DNA of 60,708 nt, filler included. It is 5 parts of 5 records of this genome, joined end to end, with 100 filler letters (N's around TTAATTAATTAA, not from the genome) between each part and the next. Parts side by side here need not be neighbours in the genome. Positions count along the whole stretch, not along the records: positions 34,152 to 54,851 come from SRR31156797_32024; 4 more parts are not named here. One strand, given 5' to 3'. The notes under the pieces were generated by a model. It was not told the DNA's origin. It ran no database searches and saw nothing but the letters and a program-made list of their open reading frames with translations. The translations under genes were made by a program, and so were the position numbers. Below are positions 36,694 through 46,565 of the stretch, piece after piece. Every line of letters starts with the position of its first letter. Position 1 is the stretch's first letter.

Positions 36694-38901
36694 GTGAACA
36701 CTAAAAATAATACCCATACCGTCTCAACGGCAGACCCAGCGAAAGAATTACTGTGCTCCAATCAGTTTGGCACCTTTTTCGGCGTATCCCAAGAAGTATT
36801 TGATACTGTGTGGCAGAAATTTTCTGCACCAGAAGGCAATTCAGTGGGCTATGTCTCCATGGAAATTGGTGCTGACCCAGATGTCTTTCAGCCACTAAAA
36901 AAAGAACTGCTAAAAAAGGACATACAGCAGAGCAAGCACCTTTTCGCCAACACAATTCTTCAGAAATATCTCACCGGTCCACGTAAAATTCCAAATTACA
37001 GCGGAGGACTGGGTGTGCTTGCCGGAGACACCCTCAAAAGCTTTGCAGATCTTCATATGCCTGTCTTTGGCATAAGTTTGCTTTACCGCGGCGGCTATTT
37101 TTCACAAATTGTTGATTCTAAAGTTGGTCAAATTGATCATGCCACACAGTGGATACCAGAAAACACTCCGACCCTCTTTCCTCTTTGCGACCCAAAGGCC
37201 CCAGAGCAACCCCTGGAGATTGACATACCTTTTTTCAATGGCCAGCCAGAACCTCTTCAGGTCAAAGCCCAAGTCTGGATGAAAATGGAAATTTCCGAGC
37301 AACTGGACTATTTCACTCCGGAATTTCTTTTTGATTACAGTCTGCCCGGTGCACCTGACTGGATTACCGAAGCTGCGCGTCAACTTTACAACGCCACTTC
37401 AGACGTTGTAAAAGCCAATCAGCGCCGGATGCTTGGCAGTGCCGTTTTACCTTTATTCTCCGCTCTAGGATTCACCTCACAAACAATTCATCTCAACGAA
37501 CAGCATGGGGTAACAGTTACCCTGCACCTTATTTTACAAGAGCTGGAAAACATTTTTGGCATCAACTTCGCCTCTATTGTCACAGATGCCGATATTTTAG
37601 CGGCAGCAGAGCGAGTCTCCCAAAAAATTGTCTATACCATCCATACACCGGTAAAAGCAGGCCATGATCGGTTTTCCAGGCAAATGTATTCCTCCATTAG
37701 TCACGCCCCCTTTCAGCGGATACTCAACCTCGCAGCTCTTGACGATGAAAATGTCCATGAATACAATTTCACCGCCATGGCCATGCGCATCAATCGCAGT
37801 ATAAATAGTGTCAGCAGGTTGCACAGAGATGTCACAAGACAACAGTTTCCTGCCTTTGCTAAAAAAATCAAAGCGATTACCAACGGGGTCCATCATCTCA
37901 CTTGGATTAGCGATGCACGGGCTGCCTTGTTTGACGCGGTGCCCTCCATTCGAAAATGGCGCGAGGTTCCAGGTTGTTTCAGTTCCCTCGCTATTGACGA
38001 TTACCCAGAGCTAACCACTGGACTTCAGCATGCATGGGAAGAAGATAACCGTCACCTCATTACTTATCTCAACCAAATGCTGGAACAGCATCGTACACAG
38101 ATGACGGAGACTTGGATTGATCCGCCCAACTTCCTTTCCAGGCTCAACAGACCAGACTGGCTGCAGCCTAATGTCTTCACCATTGGTTTTGCCAGACGCT
38201 TTTCTACTTACAAGCGTGCCGACCTTATTTTTGACGACATTCCGGCTTTAGCGAAAATACTTGTCGACAATAACTGGCCAGTTAACTTCATTTTTGCAGG
38301 GAAAGCACACCCTGAAGATGAACCAGGAAAATCAGTGCTCAAACTGATTCTTGACTGCCAGGAAGAGTTGTACAGCTTAAGTAATGGGTTAGGGAAACTC
38401 GTTTTCGTACCTGGGTACGACATGCTCATTGCCAAGCGCATGGTAGCAGGTGTTCATGCTTGGCTTAACAGCCCCAAAAGGCCACTTGAGGCAAGCGGCA
38501 CCAGTGGCATGAAAGCCGCCATGAACGGTGTGCCTAATATCAGTGTGCTCGATGGCTGGTGGGCTGAAGGCTACCATGAAGGAAAAGCAGGATGGAAGTT
38601 CGGTTATGATGGTCCTGTAAATGAAGCAGACTTAAGTGAAGACCCCAGCACGTTGCTTTATGCCGAAGACTCAGATTCCTTTTACCAGCTGTTACCAACA
38701 ATTCTTGAAACATTTTATACGCAGCCGGAGGCGTTTCTCACTAAAGCAGTCAATAACCTCAAACTTAATGTTCCTATTTTCAATACCCATCGTATGACTG
38801 CTGAATACGTTCACACCTATGATCTCAAACTTGACAAGCAGGAAACAACAAAGATTGACATCTTTCGCAGCTTATATCAAAGTGAGTCTGCTAAAGAATA
38901 A
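36694..38901 (+). CDS. glgP: Alpha-glucan (glycogen) phosphorylase
   Basis: YSGGLGVLAGD, ITNGVH, FARRFSTYKR, AGKAHP, PLP motif EASGTSGMK. Confidence 0.93.
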   Translation: MNTKNNTHTVSTADPAKELLCSNQFGTFFGVSQEVFDTVWQKFSAPEGNSVGYVSMEIGADPDVFQPLKKELLKKDIQQSKHLFANTILQKYLTGPRKIPNYSGGLGVLAGDTLKSFADLHMPVFGISLLYRGGYFSQIVDSKVGQIDHATQWIPENTPTLFPLCDPKAPEQPLEIDIPFFNGQPEPLQVKAQVWMKMEISEQLDYFTPEFLFDYSLPGAPDWITEAARQLYNATSDVVKANQRRMLGSAVLPLFSALGFTSQTIHLNEQHGVTVTLHLILQELENIFGINFASIVTDADILAAAERVSQKIVYTIHTPVKAGHDRFSRQMYSSISHAPFQRILNLAALDDENVHEYNFTAMAMRINRSINSVSRLHRDVTRQQFPAFAKKIKAITNGVHHLTWISDARAALFDAVPSIRKWREVPGCFSSLAIDDYPELTTGLQHAWEEDNRHLITYLNQMLEQHRTQMTETWIDPPNFLSRLNRPDWLQPNVFTIGFARRFSTYKRADLIFDDIPALAKILVDNNWPVNFIFAGKAHPEDEPGKSVLKLILDCQEELYSLSNGLGKLVFVPGYDMLIAKRMVAGVHAWLNSPKRPLEASGTSGMKAAMNGVPNISVLDGWWAEGYHEGKAGWKFGYDGPVNEADLSEDPSTLLYAEDSDSFYQLLPTILETFYTQPEAFLTKAVNNLKLNVPIFNTHRMTAEYVHTYDLKLDKQETTKIDIFRSLYQSESAKE

Positions 38902-39057
38902 GCTACCCAAGAAAACAATAAACCTGCAGCTAGCAATTCTTAAATAGTCCGTACGCACAAACCAAAAGACAATTTAAGAGCGTTGTGAAGAAATCACATT
39001 TGTTTTATCAGTTTACCGACTGTAATTACCCAGTCGATTGTACAGGAGTACACAACC

Positions 39058-39480
39058 ATGGCCCGTCATATAAATCCAAGTAACTCAACCAACAAGACCA
39101 TTGACGCTATTGACCGTAAGCGAGACCGGGAACGTCTCTTTATGCTTAAAAAAGCGAGAGAAAATAGCAATGAACTTTCTGTGGCTCTGGTACAAAGGCT
39201 ACTCGACCAGCACATTATTGAGACAAATGATGTCAATTCAATCCAGGAATCGATTGACAAGCAGCTCCGTGCCATGAGCGACATGGAAGAGTTTGAAATG
39301 CGCTACAAGATTGCTCCCATTCGCAACCTTACCCAAGACCCCAACATTGCCAGCCTGTTTATCACCCAATTCATCATTGAGAACCTGATAGACCACCCAA
39401 ACATACAGGACATATTCGGTGACGACCTAGATGTTTACCGTTCAGTGGACTCCGTCCTCTCTGCAATCCGTCCACGGTAA
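39058..39480 (+). CDS. Hypothetical protein
   Basis: 140-aa ORF with AGGAG RBS, 11 bp upstream of the radical SAM gene. Confidence 0.75.
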   Translation: MARHINPSNSTNKTIDAIDRKRDRERLFMLKKARENSNELSVALVQRLLDQHIIETNDVNSIQESIDKQLRAMSDMEEFEMRYKIAPIRNLTQDPNIASLFITQFIIENLIDHPNIQDIFGDDLDVYRSVDSVLSAIRPR

Positions 39481-39491
39481 ATTTACAGCAC

Positions 39492-40787
39492 ATGCGGCCT
39501 CAACATCCCAAAGGAACGCCTTCGCTTGTTTTTGCTAACAGTAAAGGAGAAATAGAAGAGTACCAAGGGTTGCAGATGGCCGCTCAATCTGCAGCAAAGT
39601 ACTACAAGCCAAACCTGGAAGACTTGATAGAACTTCCAGAAGGCAGTGAGCTGTTTACCCTACCAGGAAGACTGCCGGTGGGCTTTGAGGCCGAAAGCGG
39701 AGCCCCAGCTCTGTTGGAGACTAATCCATATGATGAAGCCGATACTGTCCAGGCAGTTGCCGCCTTCATGGCACCGGCATACACCTCTCTCTACACCACA
39801 GCTTATCAGACCCAGGATCAAAACAGTCCCCAGTTACCACTTTTCGCCTACACTGCGGTTGGCTGGTATGATGGGAAATTCTGGGTCACTGGTTTTCGAA
39901 GTGACCGTGATAAGCGACAGGACACTGTCAATTTTGACCAGGACCTTATTACACAGAGAACCCGAAAAAAACTGCAGCAGCACCCTCACAACAGACTCAT
40001 CCAACATCTTGGAAAGTGTTGTTTAACATATTGCTGCCCTGCAGCGAGAAACTATTTCCTCAACCGATGGGAAGCCCCTCTGCCCTGCTCACCTGCATGT
40101 AATGCAACATGCATCGGCTGTATATCCCTTCAGCCATCAGGCTGCTGCGCATCAACTCAGGATAGGATCGCCTTTGTTCCCACGGTCAAAGAGCTTTCAG
40201 AAATAGCCATTGAACACCTCAATACTGCTCCCCTACCTATTGTCAGTTTTGGGCAGGGCTGCGAAGGAGAACCTTTGCTGCAGTCTGATGTTATGGAACG
40301 GAGCATTAAAGCAATGAGGAAAGCAACAACCAAGGGGACTATCAACCTTAACACCAACGGCAGCTTACCTGGAGCCGTTGAGCGACTCGCCAAAGCAGGT
40401 CTAGATTCGATCCGTATTTCCATGAACAGCGCACAAGTGGAGAAGCACGCCCTTTACTACAGGCCAAAAGGGTTCACGTTGGAAGATGTTGAGCAATCGA
40501 TACAGGTAATGAAGCGCTACCAACGCCATGTCTCCTTAAACTACTTCATCTTTCCAGGTTTCACCGATGACCCGGATGAATTCGAAGCACTATCAGCGCT
40601 TATCGACAAATGTCACCCTGATTTTATTCAACTGCGTAACCTCAATATAGACCCCGAAGTATATCTCCGAGCAATCCAGCATCAGCCGACACAGGAGCCG
40701 CTCGGCATTCGAAACTGGCTAAGAAAGCTGCAATCCGCTCACCCCGGCCTCCAGTTTGGATATTTCAATCCGCAGATAAAAAAATAA
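39492..40787 (+). CDS. Radical SAM protein of unknown function
   Basis: CNATCIGC CxxxCxxC motif; SFGQGCEGEP; NTNG. Confidence 0.9.
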   Translation: MRPQHPKGTPSLVFANSKGEIEEYQGLQMAAQSAAKYYKPNLEDLIELPEGSELFTLPGRLPVGFEAESGAPALLETNPYDEADTVQAVAAFMAPAYTSLYTTAYQTQDQNSPQLPLFAYTAVGWYDGKFWVTGFRSDRDKRQDTVNFDQDLITQRTRKKLQQHPHNRLIQHLGKCCLTYCCPAARNYFLNRWEAPLPCSPACNATCIGCISLQPSGCCASTQDRIAFVPTVKELSEIAIEHLNTAPLPIVSFGQGCEGEPLLQSDVMERSIKAMRKATTKGTINLNTNGSLPGAVERLAKAGLDSIRISMNSAQVEKHALYYRPKGFTLEDVEQSIQVMKRYQRHVSLNYFIFPGFTDDPDEFEALSALIDKCHPDFIQLRNLNIDPEVYLRAIQHQPTQEPLGIRNWLRKLQSAHPGLQFGYFNPQIKK

Positions 40788-41835
40788 GTTTTCCACCCAA
40801 CTCTTGCTGAAGCAAAGCAAACGCCTCTGTATCGCTGCGGCCAAAAAAATCAGCTGCTCTTTCAAAGGCCTCTTCCACAGTGCTACTTGACTGTACTCTG
40901 CTCGCCAGGTGGTGCCCAAAGGCGTAGTTGGTAGCAAAATAATGGGTGAACTCCTTCAAGCGACCTAAACGCCTTTCCACACGAAACCTCTCCTGCAAAG
41001 CCTGACAAAAATCGTGGTACACTCTTGGCAAAGACAGCATATGGATAGATTCTGACTTAACCCCATACACATCTCTAGCAATTGCTGAAAATATCCAGGG
41101 TTTAGCTGCAGCTGAACGACCAATCATAAGACCATCGGCACCACTTTCCCTCAGACACCTCCTAGCGGCATCGACACCATCGATGCCGCCGTTGGCAATT
41201 ACTGGTATGGAGAGCTTCTTTTTAATACTCGCTATCGCTCCCCACCGAGGTTTACGGCAAAATGCTTCCTTCTCCAGTCGAGCATGTATTGTCAACATAT
41301 CCACCCCTTCACCTTCAAGCATCAGGCAAAAATCACTAAGAGCATCTGCATCTAGCTGCCGACCTAATCGAATTTTTGCAGTCAAGGGCAAGGCTGTTTC
41401 TTTTCTCGCTTCCCTGATGATAGCCCTAACCAATTGACCGTTAGCTGCTAACTGTGAACCGCCCCCAGCCTTTCGAACCCTTGGCGCGGGGCAGCCTAGA
41501 TTAATATCAATAGCATCGGCAGAAAGAGACTCAAGAGCTGCGACAGCAGGTTTGAGAACCTCAGGCTCACTTAATAATAACTGGTAGGAAAGAGGTGATT
41601 CGTGTTCAGTTCGTATGAGATAAGGGGAAACTTTTGCATTTTCCTTTGGAAGGCAACGCGCTGCAAGCATTTCGGTACTGAGCAACCCGACACCTCCAAA
41701 TGAAAGGATAGTGGTCCGCAGTGCTGAGTGGGTCAATCCTGCCATAGGTGCAAGAAAAAGAGGAGGCCAGACATTAAGACCGCGAATGTTCAGACTTTTC
41801 TCCTGGCTAAAAACTGGGGTTTGCGTATCCGTCAT
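40765..41835 (-). CDS. dus: tRNA-dihydrouridine synthase family protein
   Basis: LAPMAG, DINLGCP, TAKIRLG, IHAR, IANGG, MIGR. Confidence 0.92.
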   Translation of the reverse strand: MTDTQTPVFSQEKSLNIRGLNVWPPLFLAPMAGLTHSALRTTILSFGGVGLLSTEMLAARCLPKENAKVSPYLIRTEHESPLSYQLLLSEPEVLKPAVAALESLSADAIDINLGCPAPRVRKAGGGSQLAANGQLVRAIIREARKETALPLTAKIRLGRQLDADALSDFCLMLEGEGVDMLTIHARLEKEAFCRKPRWGAIASIKKKLSIPVIANGGIDGVDAARRCLRESGADGLMIGRSAAAKPWIFSAIARDVYGVKSESIHMLSLPRVYHDFCQALQERFRVERRLGRLKEFTHYFATNYAFGHHLASRVQSSSTVEEAFERAADFFGRSDTEAFALLQQELGGKLIFLSAD

Positions 41836-41869
41836 TTGATCCTTGAAAAAAAAAAGGGGTCGGATTAAT

Positions 41870-41892
41870 ATTATGAGAATAATTCTCTTATT
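41870..41892. promoter_or_regulatory. Fur/PerR-box-like palindrome between divergent dus and fur
   Basis: TATGAGAAT-A-ATTCTCTTA inverted repeat about 26 bp upstream of the fur ATG. Confidence 0.65.
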
Positions 41893-41917
41893 TAATAACT
41901 ATTACAAGTAAAAGATA

Positions 41918-42340
41918 ATGAATGCACCAACACCTATGCTCCGGTTGACGACCCAGCGACAGGTTATCCTAGAAGAGCTGAACAAAGTGAAGACACACCC
42001 CACTGCAAACGAACTATATGATATGGTTCGCAAACGGTTACCACGGATAGGCTTGGGAACAGTATACAGAAATCTTGAATTAATGGCCGAAAACGGCATG
42101 ATTCTTAAAATCGAAGTTGGCGGTTCTCAAAAGCGTTTTGATGCAACCACTGATAACCACTATCATATTCGCTGTTCACGGTGCGGCAAAGTTGATGACA
42201 TTGACGTACCCGTCATAACTGATCTTGTTAAAGAAGCCTCTTCAACAAGTTCTTACCAAATAATTGGTCACCACATCGAATTCACAGGTATCTGCAGTGA
42301 GTGCCAAAAATTGGTTACTGAAGGTGTAAATCACCACTAA
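41918..42340 (+). CDS. fur: Fur/PerR family transcriptional repressor
   Basis: RLTTQR, HPTA, TVYRNL, HYHIRCSRCG, CSEC. Confidence 0.92.
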   Translation: MNAPTPMLRLTTQRQVILEELNKVKTHPTANELYDMVRKRLPRIGLGTVYRNLELMAENGMILKIEVGGSQKRFDATTDNHYHIRCSRCGKVDDIDVPVITDLVKEASSTSSYQIIGHHIEFTGICSECQKLVTEGVNHH

Positions 42341-42378
42341 TTACCATACGCTGTCAACTTCTGTAGCGAAACACAAAT

Positions 42379-42413
42379 AAAAAGCGGCAATCCTTTCAAA
42401 GATTGCCGCTTTT
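42379..42413. terminator. Bidirectional intrinsic terminator
   Basis: AAAAAGCGGCAATC / GATTGCCGCTTTT between convergent fur and rny. Confidence 0.85.
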
Positions 42414-42685
42414 AAATATACCTGCGTTGCAACTCTACATACGGGCAAACAGCACCTGCACAATCTATTCTTGCCTATATTGAGAACATCTCCCCCTCGG
42501 GAGAAATAATTACTTCACGGCCTGCGACTGTTTCTTTATCGCTGCAGCCCCTGCCCTGTTCAGCTACTTTCTCACCCAAAGGCACCCGACAAATCGGTTC
42601 TGTAGCCAACAGGATTGCCGCGAAACTGTCCCGTACTTAATGTCAGAAACGCGCTCTTTGAGTAATTTGACTCTACTACTTTATA

Positions 42686-44251
42686 CTATTTTGCAAACTC
42701 AATTGCTCGAGTCTCCCGGATAACTGTTACTCGTATTTGGCCAGGATATGTTAGCTGCTCTTCAATTTCTTTGGCTATATCACGGCTCATAAGTGTCGCT
42801 TCATTATCCTTAATTTTTTGGCTATTTACTATAATCCGCAACTCCCTACCTGCCTGAATGGCGTAAGATTTCTCAACTCCACTGAAATTATTCGCTATAT
42901 TCTCAAGGTCCTCAAGGCGTTTCACATAGCTCTGCAGCATCTCCTTACGGGCACCGGGCCGCGCACCGGACAATGCGTCGGCAGATTGTACCAGTACGTC
43001 AAGAACACCCTTAGGAGGCTGGTCCTCATGATGGGCCCCAATGGCGTATACAATATCCTCTGGCTCACCATATTTTTTTGCAAGATCACGACCAATGACA
43101 GCGTGTGACCCTTCGACCTCATGATCAACAGCTTTGCCTATATCATGCAGCAAGCCGGCACGCTTAGCCTTTTTAACATCCAATCCAAGCTCAGCTGCCA
43201 TAACCCCGCAAAGAAAAGCGACCTCAAGAGAGTGCTGCAATATATTCTGCCCATAGCTTGTCCGGAACTTGAGCCTACCAATCAGGTTAATAAGGTCAAC
43301 GTGCATCCCATGAGCCCCAACATCAAAAGTAGCCTGTTCTCCTGACTCACGAATTTCTACTTCAAGCTCCTCTGTTACCTTCTGCACTACCTCTTCTATA
43401 CGTGCGGGATGAATGCGTCCGTCTGAAATCAACTGCTCCAGCGCAAGTCGGGCAACTTCTCGCCGAATAGGGTTAAACCCAGAAAGTATAACGGCTTCCG
43501 GAGTGTCATCAATAATAATATCGATACCGGTCGCGGCCTCAATGGCCCTGATATTCCGCCCTTCTCTCCCAATAATACGCCCTTTCATGTCATCGTTAGG
43601 CAAGGGGACCATGGAAACAGTTTTGTCAGCTACGTAATCGCCAGCATATCGGGCGATGGCAAGGGCAAGTATATTTTTGCCTTTCCGATCAGCCTCAATT
43701 TTCATTTCATTTTCGATACGGGACAATCGCTTTGCACAGTCCATCCGTGCCTCACTTTCGATGGACTCCATTAACTGTTTTTTTGCCTCGTCCCTATTTA
43801 TTCCTGCTATTTGTTCGAGCTTATATCGCTGTTCATCTACAAGGGCTTCATAGTTCTTTTTTCGTTCAGCCACATATTTTTCAGCTGAATCGACACTCCC
43901 TTCTCTTTCGCGAAGTTCAGACTGTCGGTCTTCCAACAACTGAAAATCCTTTTGGACATCATCAAATTTTCGACTTAGCCGACGCTGATCATCCTTTAGC
44001 TCCTGACGGCTTATCTTAATCTCCCGCTCAGCTTCCTGCTTCGCTTGGTAGGCCTCTTCTTTGGCCAAGAGAAATGCTTCTTTTTTTATCTGTTCAGCTT
44101 CACTTATGGCGTTTTCAATGATCTGTCGTCCCTGGGACTCCAAATTCCGCTGATTGCCTTCGACGAGTCGTTTCCGTAGATATATTCCAATCCCAAGACC
44201 GGCAAAAAAATTTACCACCGCCAGAAACATGGTCATCATATTGAGTTCCAT
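42686..44251 (-). CDS. rny: Ribonuclease Y
   Basis: N-terminal TM and coiled coil; KH domain [15 protein letters not shown] domain [15 protein letters not shown]. Confidence 0.96.
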   Translation of the reverse strand: MELNMMTMFLAVVNFFAGLGIGIYLRKRLVEGNQRNLESQGRQIIENAISEAEQIKKEAFLLAKEEAYQAKQEAEREIKISRQELKDDQRRLSRKFDDVQKDFQLLEDRQSELREREGSVDSAEKYVAERKKNYEALVDEQRYKLEQIAGINRDEAKKQLMESIESEARMDCAKRLSRIENEMKIEADRKGKNILALAIARYAGDYVADKTVSMVPLPNDDMKGRIIGREGRNIRAIEAATGIDIIIDDTPEAVILSGFNPIRREVARLALEQLISDGRIHPARIEEVVQKVTEELEVEIRESGEQATFDVGAHGMHVDLINLIGRLKFRTSYGQNILQHSLEVAFLCGVMAAELGLDVKKAKRAGLLHDIGKAVDHEVEGSHAVIGRDLAKKYGEPEDIVYAIGAHHEDQPPKGVLDVLVQSADALSGARPGARKEMLQSYVKRLEDLENIANNFSGVEKSYAIQAGRELRIIVNSQKIKDNEATLMSRDIAKEIEEQLTYPGQIRVTVIRETRAIEFAK

Positions 44252-44664
44252 GAAAGTACCTGTATGTTGCGCAGTTTGTTACTAAAAATAACAAGTAACA
44301 AACAACTGCAGTAAAAAATGTAAAGGGAGGGGGGGTAGAGCGGAATTCGATGACAATTACCGCTTAGAGGGGCACAGTCAGACTAAACAGTTACAGGAAT
44401 GGTAACAAAACTGCCAAAACACGGCAGCGGCCTGGTCCTCTTCAGTTCAAACGTTGACGAGAGAATAGAAATGGTATTCGATCAATTTTCTCGTAAAATC
44501 TGCCCGGCGGAGAGTTTCACATCTATAATAAACCTGATCTCATCAGAGTTGTCTTCTTTCACTGGACCAGTTCGCGTCCGCTTCTGCACTTACTTCCATC
44601 CCATTTCAGTACGTCAGATGGCTAATGCGTCGCAGCAGATTCCGGCCCGCTGCGATTATATAAA

Positions 44665-44835
44665 AAACCCCCGCGCTGCCGTGTTAACGCAATGATTAAA
44701 CCTAAGCAAATAGGTGGGCAATGCTAATTGCCGCCTCAGGGAATCAGTAAAGTTTCCTATCGTACGACAAGACAGCTACCCTAATCATGAGAGTTGGCTC
44801 AATACTCCGTTAATCACAAACAGAGCAGGGGTATC
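44665..44835 (-). ncRNA. ssrS: 6S RNA
   Basis: Canonical position downstream of zapA and upstream of rny; ends pair (ACCCCTGCTCTG / CAGCGCGGGGGT) to give a ~170-nt rod with central bubble; boundaries approximate. Confidence 0.85.
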
Positions 44836-44897
44836 ATCACTTGTTTAGATGTAGTATAGCAGAACACTACATTAAACTAAATAATAATCTCTTTGGT

Positions 44898-45185
44898 TCA
44901 GTCCATTGCCCCTGATATTTTTTCAGAAAGCTTATCTATGGTTTGATCCTGGTGATTTTTAAAGGCCTGGAAATCGTGTTCCAGCTGCACATACTTTGCC
45001 GCCAGGCGCAGGCAGCCCAATACAAGCATTTTACTCGAAGGGATTGCACTACGACTGAGCTTCTCGTCTCCTTCCAATTCTTGACGAAGCAGACGTATGG
45101 CCAATTCCACTTCGGTGTCCGAAGCCTCGCTGTAAAAAGCAAACTCCTGGCCGAACAAATTAAAACGAACGAGACGATCTTTCAT
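44898..45185 (-). CDS. zapA: Cell division protein ZapA
   Basis: VRFNLFGQEF start, C-terminal coiled coil, synteny with 6S RNA and rny. Confidence 0.8.
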   Translation of the reverse strand: MKDRLVRFNLFGQEFAFYSEASDTEVELAIRLLRQELEGDEKLSRSAIPSSKMLVLGCLRLAAKYVQLEHDFQAFKNHQDQTIDKLSEKISGAMD

Positions 45186-45199
45186 TCGATCCCGTAACT

Positions 45200-45526
45200 T
45201 TAACCCTGATGCTCTTCGTGCTCACCATTAAACAATGAGCCCTGGCTTCCAACTTGATTGTCAGATTCTCCCTCATCGTTTCTTGAGTCATCGACCTGCT
45301 CGTTTTCCCATTGAGTAATACGATCCAACAGGCCTGAAACGCGACCACTTACAGCGGCTCTTTCGTCGCTGAGGTTTTCTATGGTTCCTTTAAGCTCTGC
45401 ACATTCCATATCGCGTTCCTGCAACATTTCTTCCAGAGCCTGATAATCGGATTTCAGCTGATTATATTTATTTAAGACTTGATCAACAAGTTCTTCCAAC
45501 CGCAGTAATTCCGCATTTTGCTCCAT
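45200..45526 (-). CDS. zapB: Cell division protein ZapB-like coiled coil
   Basis: LEELVDQVL...RVSGLLDRI coiled coil directly upstream of zapA. Confidence 0.75.
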   Translation of the reverse strand: MEQNAELLRLEELVDQVLNKYNQLKSDYQALEEMLQERDMECAELKGTIENLSDERAAVSGRVSGLLDRITQWENEQVDDSRNDEGESDNQVGSQGSLFNGEHEEHQG

Positions 45527-45922
45527 ATCTATCCCTCAATTTAACTTTTCGAAAAAACTATAAAAAAACCTTCCGTTATTAAGCTGTAGTTTACACGTGT
45601 CCAACTATACAGATGACCAACTCCAAGCGCAAGTTTTTTAGCCCTGATTTATTTCTGCGCTTGAGGCCTGATTTCACACCAGTTCAGACGAAGTCAGATT
45701 CATAGTTTTCGACTATGAGTTGTAGCAGCCTACATGCTGTAAAAATCCTGAAGGAAGTGGCGCAGGAAGAACTCACCACTAATCATCCTTTCCCCTCATC
45801 TCAACAAAAAAATTCTCTAGCATACAATGCCTATACCGCAACTACTTTTTCAAGTAAAACGAGGTGAACGAATTCCCCGAGAGATTGGCCCTAAAAACAA
45901 TTAGGCAAAATGGCCTATTGAC

Positions 45923-46408
45923 TCAGCACCGACTAAAATGCCACGAAATTGGGCGACCGCCATCATAGGGCATAAAGCCGTGAAAAGCACGGGGGTCATC
46001 GTCAAAAACTAGAGGGAGAAAAAAACGATCTCCTTCCCACATAGGTAAATCCTGCATTTTTTCCACCAAATGCCAATCCAGTTCGCCTTCGTTGTTGATT
46101 TTCTTCAGCTCACCTGTAAACCGGGTAATTAAAAAAATAAATCCCAGCCAATCTTCGCCATTAGGACCGAAACCGGTCCAGTTTACAGTCCCACGCAAGG
46201 TCATTTCTTCGCACAGTAGCCCTGATTCCTCTAATATTTCTCGTTGCATACAGCTTACAACATCCTCGTTTGCCTCCATCTTTCCACCTAGACCATTATA
46301 CTTACCTAAGTGCTGATCATCTTTACGAGCATTTCGATGAACCAACAACGTTTCCGTCCTGTCAGGAGAAAGAATATATCCCAAAGTTCCAATAATCGGT
46401 TTGTACAT
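45923..46408 (-). CDS. Nudix hydrolase, 8-oxo-dGTP diphosphatase (MutT/MutX-like)
   Basis: GGKMEANEDVVSCMQREILEESGL Nudix box; EGELDW; MWEGD. Confidence 0.9.
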   Translation of the reverse strand: MYKPIIGTLGYILSPDRTETLLVHRNARKDDQHLGKYNGLGGKMEANEDVVSCMQREILEESGLLCEEMTLRGTVNWTGFGPNGEDWLGFIFLITRFTGELKKINNEGELDWHLVEKMQDLPMWEGDRFFLPLVFDDDPRAFHGFMPYDGGRPISWHFSRC

Positions 46409-46565
46409 AATAGGGTAACTCTATTTTTTTGTAGTTATTAATTTTGAAGATGGTTGTTTCACTGTATAATGAAAGACAAAAGATATTTTGCAGCTGTCTC
46501 AAAGCTTCGTGGCATAAGAGCCATACGCTTGAAATCATAAGCTTCTACAAGTTACCTTTACCTAT

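Noticed and set aside
44399-44695. 98-aa plus-strand ORF between rny and 6S RNA
   Set aside because: Antisense to the zapA-6S-rny unit, overlaps 6S and has no motifs; not a ygfA homolog
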